Positions 41,253 to 51,363 of a stretch of 64,000 nucleotides of DNA are shown in pieces. The first letter of the stretch is position 1; the number at the start of each line of letters is the position of its first letter. The notes under the pieces were generated by a model. It was given only the letters and a program-made list of their open reading frames with translations. It was not told the DNA's origin and ran no database searches. The stretch is from a virus. The DNA lies in IMG/VR virus record IMGVR_UViG_3300050119_000104, positions 1 to 64,000 of that record; one strand, 5' to 3'. Made by a program: the position numbers and the translations under genes.

Positions 41253-42872
41253 GTGGGAATAGATGATAAGCACCCCGATTTCATTTCTCAGCTAGGGAAT
41301 TGGATACAGCTTCATGATGTCTATGAAGGGGAAAAAGAAATCAAGAGAAAAAGATTGGATTACCTCCCAGCTACCGAAGCTATGTTACAAGATGGAATGA
41401 CTACACCGAGTGCACCCGGCTGGAAGGACTACGAAGGCTATCTCACACGCGCATATTTCCACGATCATTTCCGCGACGCTGTTAAAGCGATGGTGGGAAT
41501 GCTCCACATGAAACCCGCCGTTATCAAGTTGCCGCCGAAGCTTGCCCCGATGGTGGATAAAGCCACCATTCAAGGTGAGGGGCTGCAAATGCTCATGCGT
41601 CGCATCAATGAGGCACAACTTGTTTATGGGCGTTGCGGTTTGTTGGTGGACGCACCGACCGGCGCTGACCCCTATACGGCGCTACCATATCTCTCGTTCT
41701 ATGATCCCCAGCGGATCATCAATTGGGATGCTGGGCGTGAGGACGAGGGCCGCAATCAGCTTGAACTTGTCGTGCTCGACGAGAGCGGTTTTCAGCGCGA
41801 GGGTTTCACCTGGGTGTCAGAAAGGAAGCATAGAATTCTGACACGGGGTATCCCTGAGTCACTCGAAAGTGGTTGGACGCGGCCGAGCCCCGAGGACAAT
41901 TTCTCGGTCTGCGTAAAAGTCAACGATATGTCGATGCCGATCCCGAGCGATTTTATTTTCCCGCAGATCGCTGGCCGACAGCTTAATGAAGTCCCGTTCG
42001 TTTTTATCGGCTGCAACGATCTCGTGCCGCAACCAGACATGCCACCGTTGCTTGGGCTCAGCAACTTGTGTCTCACGATCTACCGGGCCGAAGCGGATTA
42101 CCGGCAGACACTTTTCATGCAGGGCCAGAATACTCTCGTCGTCGTCGGCCCCGCTGGCGATACGGATACGCAATTGCGTGTTGGGGCCAAGGGCCTCATC
42201 TGGTTGAAAATAGGTAGCAGCGCGGAGTACATCGGTGTATCTGCTACGGGCTTGGGCGAGATGCGGCAATCACTCAAGACCGACATGGACGCCGCCGCCG
42301 CCGCAGGTGTCGCGTTCATGGACGTAGGCAATGCCCGTGGTGAGTCAGGCGAAGCGCTGCGCATTCGTGTCGCCGCGCGCACGACCACGATCTCGGCAGT
42401 CGCGCAATCGGCTGGTGCGGGATTGGAGCAAGCGCTCAAACTGTGCGCTACATGGGTCGGCGAGGACCCGGATGAAGTATCAGTTACGCCGCAGACAGAT
42501 TTTGCGGATCAGAATGTCGCTGGTGCCGCGCTGCTTGCCTTCATGCAAGCCAAGCAGCTTGGTCTCCCATTATCGCTCAAGTCAATGCATCGCATGATGC
42601 AATTGAACGACATGACCGAGATGACCTTCGATGAGGAAAATGACCAAATCGAGGAAGAGGCTGAGACTACAATCGGCTCGATGGTCATGGGCGCGAACGT
42701 AGGCGATACAGATAACTCGTATCTCGATACCGAGGCGGGCGGCAATAGCGATCCTATACCGCCAACGCCGACTGTGCCACCCGCCGGTAATCAACCCGTC
42801 CCGGTCACACCTCATCGGCGCGGCTCGCCTGTGCCCTTAAAGCGCAAGCTTGGCAAAGGGTCTAGTACCTGA
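41253..42872 (+). CDS. Portal protein (DUF4055-like)
   Basis: Position after terL; HPDF, RLDYLP, Y..YLTRAYF.D, PPLL.L..LCL.IYR..ADY...L motifs. Confidence 0.85.
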   Translation: MGIDDKHPDFISQLGNWIQLHDVYEGEKEIKRKRLDYLPATEAMLQDGMTTPSAPGWKDYEGYLTRAYFHDHFRDAVKAMVGMLHMKPAVIKLPPKLAPMVDKATIQGEGLQMLMRRINEAQLVYGRCGLLVDAPTGADPYTALPYLSFYDPQRIINWDAGREDEGRNQLELVVLDESGFQREGFTWVSERKHRILTRGIPESLESGWTRPSPEDNFSVCVKVNDMSMPIPSDFIFPQIAGRQLNEVPFVFIGCNDLVPQPDMPPLLGLSNLCLTIYRAEADYRQTLFMQGQNTLVVVGPAGDTDTQLRVGAKGLIWLKIGSSAEYIGVSATGLGEMRQSLKTDMDAAAAAGVAFMDVGNARGESGEALRIRVAARTTTISAVAQSAGAGLEQALKLCATWVGEDPDEVSVTPQTDFADQNVAGAALLAFMQAKQLGLPLSLKSMHRMMQLNDMTEMTFDEENDQIEEEAETTIGSMVMGANVGDTDNSYLDTEAGGNSDPIPPTPTVPPAGNQPVPVTPHRRGSPVPLKRKLGKGSST

Positions 42873-42929
42873 TACGGAGGGCCGCATGACCCAAGATAAA
42901 GGGGCTGTGTATCCCGGAAAGTAAGTCAC

Positions 42930-45695
42930 ATGCCCTTTGACGAAAGCCAGCATCCGCGTGGTGAGCACGGCCGGTGGGCAGTCAGCGCGGGCGGCACTGT
43001 CGAGCCGCTCGTCGATCCGCGCGTGCTCGATGTCGGCGGCGATCAATGGAACAAGGATACTGCGGCCCGACTCGAAAACGAGTATGAGGCAGCGCGTCCG
43101 GCACTGAACGCTCTTGTCGAGACGGCGGCCAAAGCACCGTCGCCTTCGGATGATGCCGAAGTAAGCGCCGCAGTAAAAGCAAACACTACAGCTAATTTTC
43201 ACGACTTAGAAAATAGCTTGTCCGATACTGAGTCGGCTGCGCTTATCAGCAAGTATGGCTCAATTCAAGCGGCATCCACAGCATTGTACGGTAAAGATGC
43301 GCCTGGTTTCAAAGGTACGGACGAACCCGAGGACGAGGAGAGTCCGGAGTCCTGGGATGAGATGAATAACGATCTACAAGAACAGGCAGGGGATAAATAC
43401 AAAGAGTCAAACTATGAACAAGCCCTAGAAAGCGAGCAAAATAACTGGTCAGAAAATGGCGCGCCTGCGGAGGCAGCAGCCAAGGTCGCAGAAGATGACG
43501 ACTGGAAAGCGGAATTCTTGACAGATTATCTCGCGCAGCGGATCGAGGACGGCGAGCCCGCCATCCCTTACACCGCACAAGAATTGCTCGACTCAATCAC
43601 ATTGAATTTCGATCATGACTCAGCCTCTGGCTCGGGCTATGGTTCAAAAAGTCTAGCCGAAAAATATCTGGAAGTCGGATTTGACGACAGTCAATTGCAG
43701 CACCCTCACAACAATTTCAATCCCGATCAAATGACGCTTCCTGGTATTGAAGAGGTGAAACCAGAAAGCTCGCTCACTGAGGATATGCGCAAAGACATCA
43801 CCGAAGCCATCACTGACGCATTCATAGAAAAAACAGATAAAGAGACAAGCAATATGGAGGCTCCCGATTATCTTTCGGAAAGCGCTAATGACCTGGTAGC
43901 TGAAGATTGGGACCAAATGGGCGACAAGGATAAGTTTCAATGGGTCAAAAATAATACTGATCTCGTGGATGATGAGAAGCCGGGGAAGCCTGAACCGAAG
44001 GACGAGGGGCCACTTTTAATACCCACGACCTGGAACCCGATGCAAGACAACGATAAGGGCGCAGGAAATTACACTCGCACGCAACGAATGGCGAAATATC
44101 TCGCCAATAACCGCGCCGTTCAAGTCATGGCGCAGCGTGGCGTACAGACTCTAAATCAAAGGGGCGATCCGGTTCTCACACATGCGGCGGTGCCGGGGAC
44201 TGATACCAAGTATAGTGAGGAAGCACATCCTCTTACCCCGACGCTTGAGGCTATTGAGCAATCAGATGAACGATTATGGTCCGGCTGGAAGGGAAGCTCT
44301 ACCGGAGCGGAGGGGCGGCTCCTACAGGTTGCATCGGCTGACGAGCTTGGCGGCCGACTCAGGGAAGCGATAAAAAATCCTGATATGGCGGTGGAGTATA
44401 GCGCATTTGCGAAAAGCGATATCGCAAAAACAGGTACCTTAGAGGAATTTTCAGCGGGACTAAAGGCAAGCAGCAATCCAGTCGAGATGGCAAAGGCGGC
44501 AAAATCTGATCCTGATACATCATTCGAACAAAAACAAAAAGCTCAGGAAATTATAGAGAACCCCCCTACTTGGAAGCAGCCGCCGCTCGGCGAAAAGGTT
44601 ACGTTATTCAGTGGGACTGAAATATCGCTGGATAGTAACCCCATGTTGCATGCTTTAGGCAGCAAATTAAAACTTCACGACGGCACGGAAATTCAGAAGC
44701 AGCCAGACGGCAAATGGAAAGCAACAACAGGTCCACAACCGAGTACGTTGCCGACTCAGGGTAATCCGGCGAAGCTGAAAAGTGAAACCGTATCTCGATA
44801 CCCCGCAGTAGGCGCGAGTGGTGCGGGCGCTCCCAGCTATCAGAGACTTCCTGAAATGAACGTCGTGCGTAACGGAGCTACTTCAACTACCACTGATCTA
44901 GGTGTCGCAAACGGTTGGGGCGGTACGGCGAACAATGCATCCAACGGTATCAGCCGGGACGAAGCTATCGAATACGCCAACATGAACTTTGCCAGCATTG
45001 GCGGCTACGAGGGTGTCAAAGCAGCGGTCCGGGCGAAATGGGAAACTACACAATACATGCTCGATAAGGCCGACACACCGATTGTCCAGGTCTATCGCGG
45101 CATGAGCTACCCGCACACGCGTTCAGAAGATGTGATACCTGCCGGAGCCGCAGGTAAAAAATTGGCTGCTGCGGATTTAGAAACTGGGGTTTCTTTTATA
45201 AAAGCGCAACCTAAAATGGAAGTCTCCACGCTTCTGGATAAATCAGGAGAGCCACAACAAAAAGCTCTCATCGCTGAATATGGAAGCCTCTACAACGCAA
45301 TTGGTGCTATTCATGGTCACGATGCCAACGCGATCAAACTACACGACGTGATCCAAAAAGTGCAGGCGGTTCCTACACCTCATGAAGCCGTATCGTATTT
45401 GAGTGGGACGGAAATGGAAGCCCTTACAAAACAGTATGGCTCTTTTGCCAAAGCGTGGGTGGAGATACATCCCGCAGAAGAAACTCCGACTCGCGGGCGC
45501 GTTGTGCTACGCGCTGAGGTACCGCGCACGGCCGTCCTGTCAGTTCCAGCCTACGGCGTAAATGTCCATAGCGAGCACGAAGTTGTTGTCACTGGCACAT
45601 CCTGGCGTGGCTGGGATGCATGGTCTGACAAGGCACCGTCGTTTGAGGATGTACCAATGGGTACGAAGACGTCTCCACCAAGGGGCCGCTTATAG
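42930..45695 (+). CDS. Large head-associated protein with N-terminal FDESQHPRGEHGRW motif and C-terminal ADP-ribosyltransferase-like motifs
   Basis: VQVYRG ... VVLRAEVPRTAVLSVP ... SEHEVVV (R..ExE); three ALIxxYGS helical repeats. Confidence 0.65.
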   Translation: MPFDESQHPRGEHGRWAVSAGGTVEPLVDPRVLDVGGDQWNKDTAARLENEYEAARPALNALVETAAKAPSPSDDAEVSAAVKANTTANFHDLENSLSDTESAALISKYGSIQAASTALYGKDAPGFKGTDEPEDEESPESWDEMNNDLQEQAGDKYKESNYEQALESEQNNWSENGAPAEAAAKVAEDDDWKAEFLTDYLAQRIEDGEPAIPYTAQELLDSITLNFDHDSASGSGYGSKSLAEKYLEVGFDDSQLQHPHNNFNPDQMTLPGIEEVKPESSLTEDMRKDITEAITDAFIEKTDKETSNMEAPDYLSESANDLVAEDWDQMGDKDKFQWVKNNTDLVDDEKPGKPEPKDEGPLLIPTTWNPMQDNDKGAGNYTRTQRMAKYLANNRAVQVMAQRGVQTLNQRGDPVLTHAAVPGTDTKYSEEAHPLTPTLEAIEQSDERLWSGWKGSSTGAEGRLLQVASADELGGRLREAIKNPDMAVEYSAFAKSDIAKTGTLEEFSAGLKASSNPVEMAKAAKSDPDTSFEQKQKAQEIIENPPTWKQPPLGEKVTLFSGTEISLDSNPMLHALGSKLKLHDGTEIQKQPDGKWKATTGPQPSTLPTQGNPAKLKSETVSRYPAVGASGAGAPSYQRLPEMNVVRNGATSTTTDLGVANGWGGTANNASNGISRDEAIEYANMNFASIGGYEGVKAAVRAKWETTQYMLDKADTPIVQVYRGMSYPHTRSEDVIPAGAAGKKLAAADLETGVSFIKAQPKMEVSTLLDKSGEPQQKALIAEYGSLYNAIGAIHGHDANAIKLHDVIQKVQAVPTPHEAVSYLSGTEMEALTKQYGSFAKAWVEIHPAEETPTRGRVVLRAEVPRTAVLSVPAYGVNVHSEHEVVVTGTSWRGWDAWSDKAPSFEDVPMGTKTSPPRGRL

Positions 45696-45747
45696 GGGAG
45701 ATTTCTTCTGCGGACTATGTTAAGCTGCAAAAAGAGGCATACCCGGT

Positions 45748-46185
45748 ATGATCGATGTAGATTTGAATGATCATAGTGGCGGACCGCATTGGCTCACAAA
45801 AGCAGGCGGTCATGACCACGCCAAAAATATCCGCGCCAAGCACCGCGCTGCGTGGGTAGCGAAGCATCCGCGCGTGCCTAATCCCGTGCGCCCGGAGACG
45901 ATGGCGAAGTTGGAAGCTGTCAGCGCCTATGCGCAGAAAGTTCACGCTGCCAAAGTCCTGGCTCGAATAACCAAAACCTGGAATACCGCGCTCGCGATCA
46001 TCGATAAATCAGAGCTTGTATTGCGCGACGTGATCGAGCGCGGGCTTTTGAATACCGCCGGACTTGATCATCAGCGCTACAATGATGCGATGCGGGTCGC
46101 TGACCGACTCATGAAAAAGATCACACGCATTCGGACCAAAGCCATCAAAGCTGCCTTCCGCCTTTTGCGGGATCAATCCTATTAA
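45748..46185 (+). CDS. Hypothetical basic protein
   Basis: 145-aa ORF; its stop codon lies inside the IS605 right end. Confidence 0.55.
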   Translation: MIDVDLNDHSGGPHWLTKAGGHDHAKNIRAKHRAAWVAKHPRVPNPVRPETMAKLEAVSAYAQKVHAAKVLARITKTWNTALAIIDKSELVLRDVIERGLLNTAGLDHQRYNDAMRVADRLMKKITRIRTKAIKAAFRLLRDQSY

Positions 46186-46198
46186 CGTCTTCCCCGGT

Positions 46199-47275
46199 CT
46201 AAAGGCCAGGGATTTCCACTACCGGAGGCGGACGTTCCCGCCCGACACGGAGAATGTTTAGCGCTGCGTTCACATCCCGATCGTGAGAAGTGCCGCAGTC
46301 TGAACAAACCCAATGTCTTATTTCAAGCGCGCCCATACCTTTCGGACTGCTGTCGGGAATACACCCGCAGCACGAGCACGTCTGAGAAGTCCATCGCTCG
46401 TCGGCTTCTACATACCGAGCCCCGTGCCTGCTGGCTTTGTAGCGGAGCTGATTGCGGAACGTCGTCCATCCTGCATCGAGTACGGATTTAGCCATCCGCG
46501 TCTTTACAAGTTTGGCGGCGCTCACATTGCCGACAACGATAAGCCGATTTTGGCGAACTATCGAAGTAGTCGCCTTGTGGTGTTGATCCTTTCGGACGTT
46601 CGCAATCTTTGCGTGGATGGCTTTGACGCGACACTTGTTGCCGGCGCGCTGTTGAACGGCGAGCGCGACCTCGTACTTGCGATAGTGCTGAAGCGCCGGA
46701 ACAGTGTTGCCATTGCTGCACGTCGCCAGCGTCCTCAATCCAAGGTCGATCCCTATCTCTCCGTTGCCGGTCGGCAGGTCATCGGTAACCTCACACTGGA
46801 AACAGACATACCAGCGCCCGCGAGCGTCCTGAGTAAAGCAGCCGGCCTTGATGTCGTCGGGAATATCCCGCGATTTCCAGAAGTGGAATTTCCGTTTGAG
46901 GTAGACGACATGTGCGCCTTCGAGACGTACAGCGCGCTTGATAAATGGCAGCCAACCGAGTGCGCGCTTCGACCCACCGCTGGCGCGAAAGCGCGGGGCG
47001 TGGCGGGCGGCGTTGCGCGAGATTACAAACTGCTTGCAAATCTGACTGACCGTATCGGAGTGCAGCCCAAGTTCCGCAGCACATCCAGTAGTCAGCTTGA
47101 CAAGATCGAAGTGCGACGGCCAACGACGCTTAGGCGCGCCGTCCCTGTAATTGGACATCGCCCTGCGCTGTATCTCGCAACAGTAATTCCACACGAAGTT
47201 GCACGCCCGCGAGTGCCGCCCGAGGTACTTACCGACCATTGCGTCTTTGATGCGGAACTTATATGTAAGGATCAT
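46199..47275 (-). CDS. tnpB: TnpB RNA-guided nuclease with rearranged RuvC-II
   Basis: GIDLGLR, VVGNV, ADERWTSQTCSCC, CSDCGTSHDRDVNAALNI; clearly similar to the 15747..16805 TnpB. Confidence 0.95.
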   Translation of the reverse strand: MILTYKFRIKDAMVGKYLGRHSRACNFVWNYCCEIQRRAMSNYRDGAPKRRWPSHFDLVKLTTGCAAELGLHSDTVSQICKQFVISRNAARHAPRFRASGGSKRALGWLPFIKRAVRLEGAHVVYLKRKFHFWKSRDIPDDIKAGCFTQDARGRWYVCFQCEVTDDLPTGNGEIGIDLGLRTLATCSNGNTVPALQHYRKYEVALAVQQRAGNKCRVKAIHAKIANVRKDQHHKATTSIVRQNRLIVVGNVSAAKLVKTRMAKSVLDAGWTTFRNQLRYKASRHGARYVEADERWTSQTCSCCGCIPDSSPKGMGALEIRHWVCSDCGTSHDRDVNAALNILRVGRERPPPVVEIPGL

Positions 47276-47304
47276 ACGCAGGAAGTATTGGTCGGTGGTC
47301 AAAA

Positions 47305-47715
47305 ATGCAAGGCTTCAGGCGCGAACGACATAGCGTTTCCCGGCTCACGGTCCACTTGGTCTGCGTCACGAAATACCGACGCAAAATCCTCGATGGCCGG
47401 GCGCTTGACTGGCTCAAGGCGCACTTTGCCAAGGTTTGCCAGACAATGGATTGTGTACTTCTCGCCTGCGACGGTGAGAACGACCATGTCCATTTGCTGG
47501 TCGAGTACCCACCGAAACACTCGATCTCTGTCTTGGTTAATGCCATCAAGGGTACGTCCAGCCGGCTACTGCGCGCCGAAAGGCCAGACGTCGCCAAGCG
47601 CTACTGGAAGGGTGTTCTGTGGTCCCCGGCCTATTTTGCCGCCTCGACCGGCGGAGCCACGCTTGAAACGGTTAAGCGGTACGTCGAACAGCAGCGCGCC
47701 TCCTCCTCGCCCTGA
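47305..47715 (+). CDS. tnpA: IS200-like Y1 HUH transposase
   Basis: HLVCVTKYRR, DHVHLL (HUH), LWSPAYF, KRYVEQQ (catalytic Tyr). Confidence 0.95.
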   Translation: MQGFRRERHSVSRLTVHLVCVTKYRRKILDGRALDWLKAHFAKVCQTMDCVLLACDGENDHVHLLVEYPPKHSISVLVNAIKGTSSRLLRAERPDVAKRYWKGVLWSPAYFAASTGGATLETVKRYVEQQRASSSP

Positions 47716-47745
47716 AGGGCAAGGTTTCCGGCTTGGAGATTTACG

Positions 47746-49338
47746 ATGACCGAATTCGACGAGGGCGCGCATCCACGTGGCAAGGGCGGCAAGTTCGCGC
47801 TCAAAGGTAGCGCGGGTGGTCATGAAGGACAGATCGCGACTGCCATCGCAACAAGTGTGGACGCGGACACCGATCAATATAAACAGCCGAGCGTCGCAGC
47901 AATGGCGGGCGACGGCGCAACCGATCCGAAAGTCATCGCGGCTACTGAGAAAAATTTCGAACATGATATCGGGCTATTCCACGATGCTTCGATCTATCCA
48001 AATTTTCGATCAGATGAATTGAAAGGCACTGTGCGCGAGCAAGCTACCGCCATCGTCAAGAACCTGACGAGCAATCTCGTGTTCCTCTATAATCAGGCGA
48101 GCGACGAAGTAAAGCACGCTGGGAGTATCTGGTACGAGAGCGCGCACAAGGTTGGTGAGAAAGCCACCGCTGATAGCGTAAATGCGGACTTCCCGAAGGG
48201 GCTACCACAGATCGGCGTATTTGGCACAATCGCAATTTTGTCGCCGAACAAAGAATGGGACCAGAACGTCGATATGGCTCGCCGTGTCGTGGACACTTAT
48301 GCGACGAAACAACATTATCAGTTCGACGAGGCTATGCGAGCGCAATTCGCGAAAACTTGGGACGCCAATAAAGCCGGTAGTTCTGGAAAGCCAGACCCGG
48401 ACTCGCAGAAGTACAAAGACAAGGTGAAGCTTTTTGAGTCGTATCGCCGGGACGTGGAGGGTAAAAAGCTTGGTGAGTTATCCAGTCCATTGCTCAAGGC
48501 AGTATGGATCAGAACCTATGATGAGGCGCACAATCCGCAAACATACCACACGTTTTTGCCTAACGGCGATATTGGCCCGCTCGCGCGCAATCTTCCAAAT
48601 AGGAAATTCCCGGAGGGTGCACCCACGACGATGGTGTGGCAATCGACCAAGTTCGTTGCTAATGCTGTTCGTTGTTTAGAGTCCAATGGCGACCGACAAA
48701 TCATCTCAGATAATATGGGCGGCAACCATAAAGTGCGATCATTTTTCAACAACATCCTAGACCCCCATTCACCAAACCAAGACACAACCATTGACACGCA
48801 CCAAGTCGGTGCGGCATTGTTACGGGGACTCGGTGCAAAGTCGGCTCCAGTGACCCAAAACTTTGGGTTGGCACCGCCGAAAGGCGTCGAAGCTGCGAGC
48901 GGATCGGAGGTCACTGGCCTATCCGGTACCTACGGCGTTTACGCCGACGCCACACGCGCCGCCGCGAAAGAAACGGGCGTGCCCTACGCTCAGGTGATGC
49001 AAGCGATCACTTGGGTCACGAAACGAAACGTACTCGGGGAGACTTCTGACGCAGCCAACGCGCTGATAGAAAAAGCCTGGGGCCGCTATCACGACGGCCG
49101 ACTGACGCAACCGCAGACGCAAAAGTTGGTTTGGAATATCGCTATGCAAGATGTGGCGCGCCAAGCCGTGGCGCGTAAAACGAAACTCGATTGGGATTTA
49201 GCAGCGCCTGCTCGGGTTGCGGCACGAGCGGTCGCAAGAGCGCAAACGGACTCGGACAAGGCCGCGCGAGCGACTGCGCGAGCGAAGAAGAAAGTGAAGA
49301 GTGCTACACAAGCAAAGAAAGTGAAGTTGCTATTATGA
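47746..49338 (+). CDS. Head-associated protein with FDEGAHPRGKGGKF motif and a possible HhH-glycosylase-like domain
   Basis: WYESAH, ILSPNKEWDQN, HKVRSFFNNI, TIDTH pattern. Confidence 0.6.
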   Translation: MTEFDEGAHPRGKGGKFALKGSAGGHEGQIATAIATSVDADTDQYKQPSVAAMAGDGATDPKVIAATEKNFEHDIGLFHDASIYPNFRSDELKGTVREQATAIVKNLTSNLVFLYNQASDEVKHAGSIWYESAHKVGEKATADSVNADFPKGLPQIGVFGTIAILSPNKEWDQNVDMARRVVDTYATKQHYQFDEAMRAQFAKTWDANKAGSSGKPDPDSQKYKDKVKLFESYRRDVEGKKLGELSSPLLKAVWIRTYDEAHNPQTYHTFLPNGDIGPLARNLPNRKFPEGAPTTMVWQSTKFVANAVRCLESNGDRQIISDNMGGNHKVRSFFNNILDPHSPNQDTTIDTHQVGAALLRGLGAKSAPVTQNFGLAPPKGVEAASGSEVTGLSGTYGVYADATRAAAKETGVPYAQVMQAITWVTKRNVLGETSDAANALIEKAWGRYHDGRLTQPQTQKLVWNIAMQDVARQAVARKTKLDWDLAAPARVAARAVARAQTDSDKAARATARAKKKVKSATQAKKVKLLL

Positions 49339-49751
49339 CCACCACCTACGTTGATCCTATAGTTGAGTATTGCCGGGAGAGAGGGCTCAATCTCACTCGC
49401 GATTTATACATCGATAGCTGTTATCCGACCGGAGTGCCGGACCCCTGGACCCCTGAAATGGAGGCGGAGCTTCCGCCGCAGCTTCAATGGCGTGACGCTG
49501 ATGAACCGCCACCGAAGGAATTGCGGGGCTACACTTACGCGCAATGGGCTGTCCATTTCATCACGACCGATCTCGCGCGGATCGATAATGCCGTCCGCTC
49601 GGGATTGATTGCTGGTCAGGATAGCGCGGAAATCGGCCGTAGGGTCATCGGCTCCATGAGCAAAAACGGCGTGGATGGAGTTACAGAAATAACGCGGCGG
49701 CAGATCGCGCAACTCGGGCGCTTGGCGCTTAAAGCGGCCAAGGGCAAATAA
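49335..49751 (+). CDS. Short protein with MuF/gp7-like segment
   Basis: IDNAVRSGLIAGQDSAEIGRRV..VTEITRR resembles head morphogenesis proteins. Confidence 0.45.
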   Translation: MTTTYVDPIVEYCRERGLNLTRDLYIDSCYPTGVPDPWTPEMEAELPPQLQWRDADEPPPKELRGYTYAQWAVHFITTDLARIDNAVRSGLIAGQDSAEIGRRVIGSMSKNGVDGVTEITRRQIAQLGRLALKAAKGK

Positions 49752-49809
49752 CCCCTTGCATCTGCGCCAGATATATGGTTAATGCGACCCTCAATTAGAG
49801 GGTCCCCAA

Positions 49810-50295
49810 ATGTGGAATGTAATTGGTGCGCTAGTCGCCGTGGTCGTGCTCGCCGCGATTTTCTTTTTTGCACCTTCACAAGTCTATTCTGTTGCACCGG
49901 CACAAGTTTCGCGCGTCATTCCCTGCGATCCAAAAGTAGGTGACGAGGAAGGGAACGATTGCCCTTGCGCTTTTTTGGGCAACTGTAAAGGCTACGACAA
50001 GCACAACAAGCCGCTGGCCGCGCGTCCTCATTTCAACTGTGACCCGCAAGAGGGCGAGAGCCTTGGAGGCGACTGCCCCCAGGCACAACCCGCCAAAGAA
50101 GCGGCCAAGCCCGCAGCGCCGCACAAGCCAATCTATCGCCGGGTTTTGAAAAGCGGACATTTAGACGGCGAGATTGATTGCAAATCTATGCCACTGGCTA
50201 TCCGACAACTTTCGCACGAACAGATTTTAGCTGCCGCGCGATCTTATGGTTTGAGCATGGCTCAGATCGAGAAGTTTCGAGTCTGTCTGAATTAA
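49810..50295 (+). CDS. Cys-rich exported protein
   Basis: N-terminal hydrophobic helix; promoter motif near 49756. Confidence 0.55.
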   Translation: MWNVIGALVAVVVLAAIFFFAPSQVYSVAPAQVSRVIPCDPKVGDEEGNDCPCAFLGNCKGYDKHNKPLAARPHFNCDPQEGESLGGDCPQAQPAKEAAKPAAPHKPIYRRVLKSGHLDGEIDCKSMPLAIRQLSHEQILAAARSYGLSMAQIEKFRVCLN

Positions 50296-50356
50296 ATAGG
50301 GATCATGGGGTCCGCCTGAACGGATGGCCGGTCAGGAGAAGATAAGGAAACGTGCT

Positions 50357-51220
50357 ATGGCGAAGCTCAAAACGATTTACGAAAAGGTCGAGGAAATCCC
50401 GGAAGGCTATGCGGAATTGTACGTCGAGCGAAATGGAAAGTACGAACTGACCGGCATCGAAGGTGTCAAGACTCAGGCGGACATTGACCGGGTTCAGGGC
50501 GGCCTCGTCAACGAGAAGAAAGAACACAAGGCCACGAAGGAGAAGCTCGCAAAGTTCGGCGATCTCGATCCAGAAGTGGTTCCTGCGCAACTCTCTGAAC
50601 TTGAGGCAACAAAAGCTCAGTTAGCCACCGCGATCACCGACGGCAAGATTGACCCCGAGAAGAATGCAGCGGCCATTGACGCCGCCGTGAAGCGGGCACT
50701 CGGTCCCGTCGAACGCGAAAAGACTCAGCTACAGCGCGATCTCGATGCCGCGCGCAAGGCTGGGGAAATGAAAACTGCGGAAGTTCTCGCGCTGGAAGGC
50801 AGCATCAAGCAGACCAAGATGGAGGGCACACTGCGCGACGCTGCGCTCGACGGTAAAGTCCTTCCAACTGCAATCGACGATGCCGTGATGGTTGGCTCGC
50901 GCATGTTCGAGTTAGCCGAAGATGGTCGCATGCTTACGAAAGACAACGTGGGCGTGACGCCGGGCCTAGACGCAAAAGAGTGGCTCAAAGATATGAAAGA
51001 GAAGCGCCCTCATTGGTGGCCGTTGTCACAAGGCGGCGGAGCGCGCGGTGGGGGAGGCGGACCTACCAGCCGAGCGGACAACCCTTTCACTCAGGAAGGA
51101 TGGAACGTGTCCAGGCAAGGTCAGGCTATCAAGACGCTTGGTTTGGCGAAAGCCGCCGAGATGGCCAAGGCTGCGGGTGTCGAGATTGGTGCTACGAAGC
51201 CTGCGGCAAAAGCAGCCTGA
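50357..51220 (+). CDS. Capsid scaffolding protein
   Basis: Y.E..GKY.L..IEG start, coiled coils, RPHWWP.SQGGGA.G and NPF..E.WN...QG tail. Confidence 0.8.
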   Translation: MAKLKTIYEKVEEIPEGYAELYVERNGKYELTGIEGVKTQADIDRVQGGLVNEKKEHKATKEKLAKFGDLDPEVVPAQLSELEATKAQLATAITDGKIDPEKNAAAIDAAVKRALGPVEREKTQLQRDLDAARKAGEMKTAEVLALEGSIKQTKMEGTLRDAALDGKVLPTAIDDAVMVGSRMFELAEDGRMLTKDNVGVTPGLDAKEWLKDMKEKRPHWWPLSQGGGARGGGGGPTSRADNPFTQEGWNVSRQGQAIKTLGLAKAAEMAKAAGVEIGATKPAAKAA

Positions 51221-51252
51221 CCTTTTTAGCTCACTGAAAAATTAGACAAGAA

Positions 51253-51277
51253 CGGCCGCCTCGTGCGGCTGTTTTTA
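51253..51277 (+). terminator. Probable intrinsic terminator after the scaffold gene
   Basis: ACGGCCGC-CTCGT-GCGGCTGT followed by TTTT. Confidence 0.5.
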
Positions 51278-51363
51278 GCGTCCCATTTTACCGGGTTGCG
51301 TTGAGTTGCCACACCCGCTACCGTTAACCCATAAATCCACAGATTAGAAATAGGGCATTTCCG

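Larger units (their letters stand above)
46182..47745 (-). mobile_element. IS200/IS605-family element (tnpA+tnpB divergent)
   Basis: Right-end hairpin CCCTGGCCTTTAGACCGGGG then GACGTTAA; left-end hairpin CCTCGCCCTGAAGGGCAAGG; flanked by TCAT (ATGA at 47746-47749). Confidence 0.88.

Noticed and set aside
46313-47749. 478-aa plus-strand ORF
   Set aside because: Antisense shadow of tnpB that overlaps tnpA
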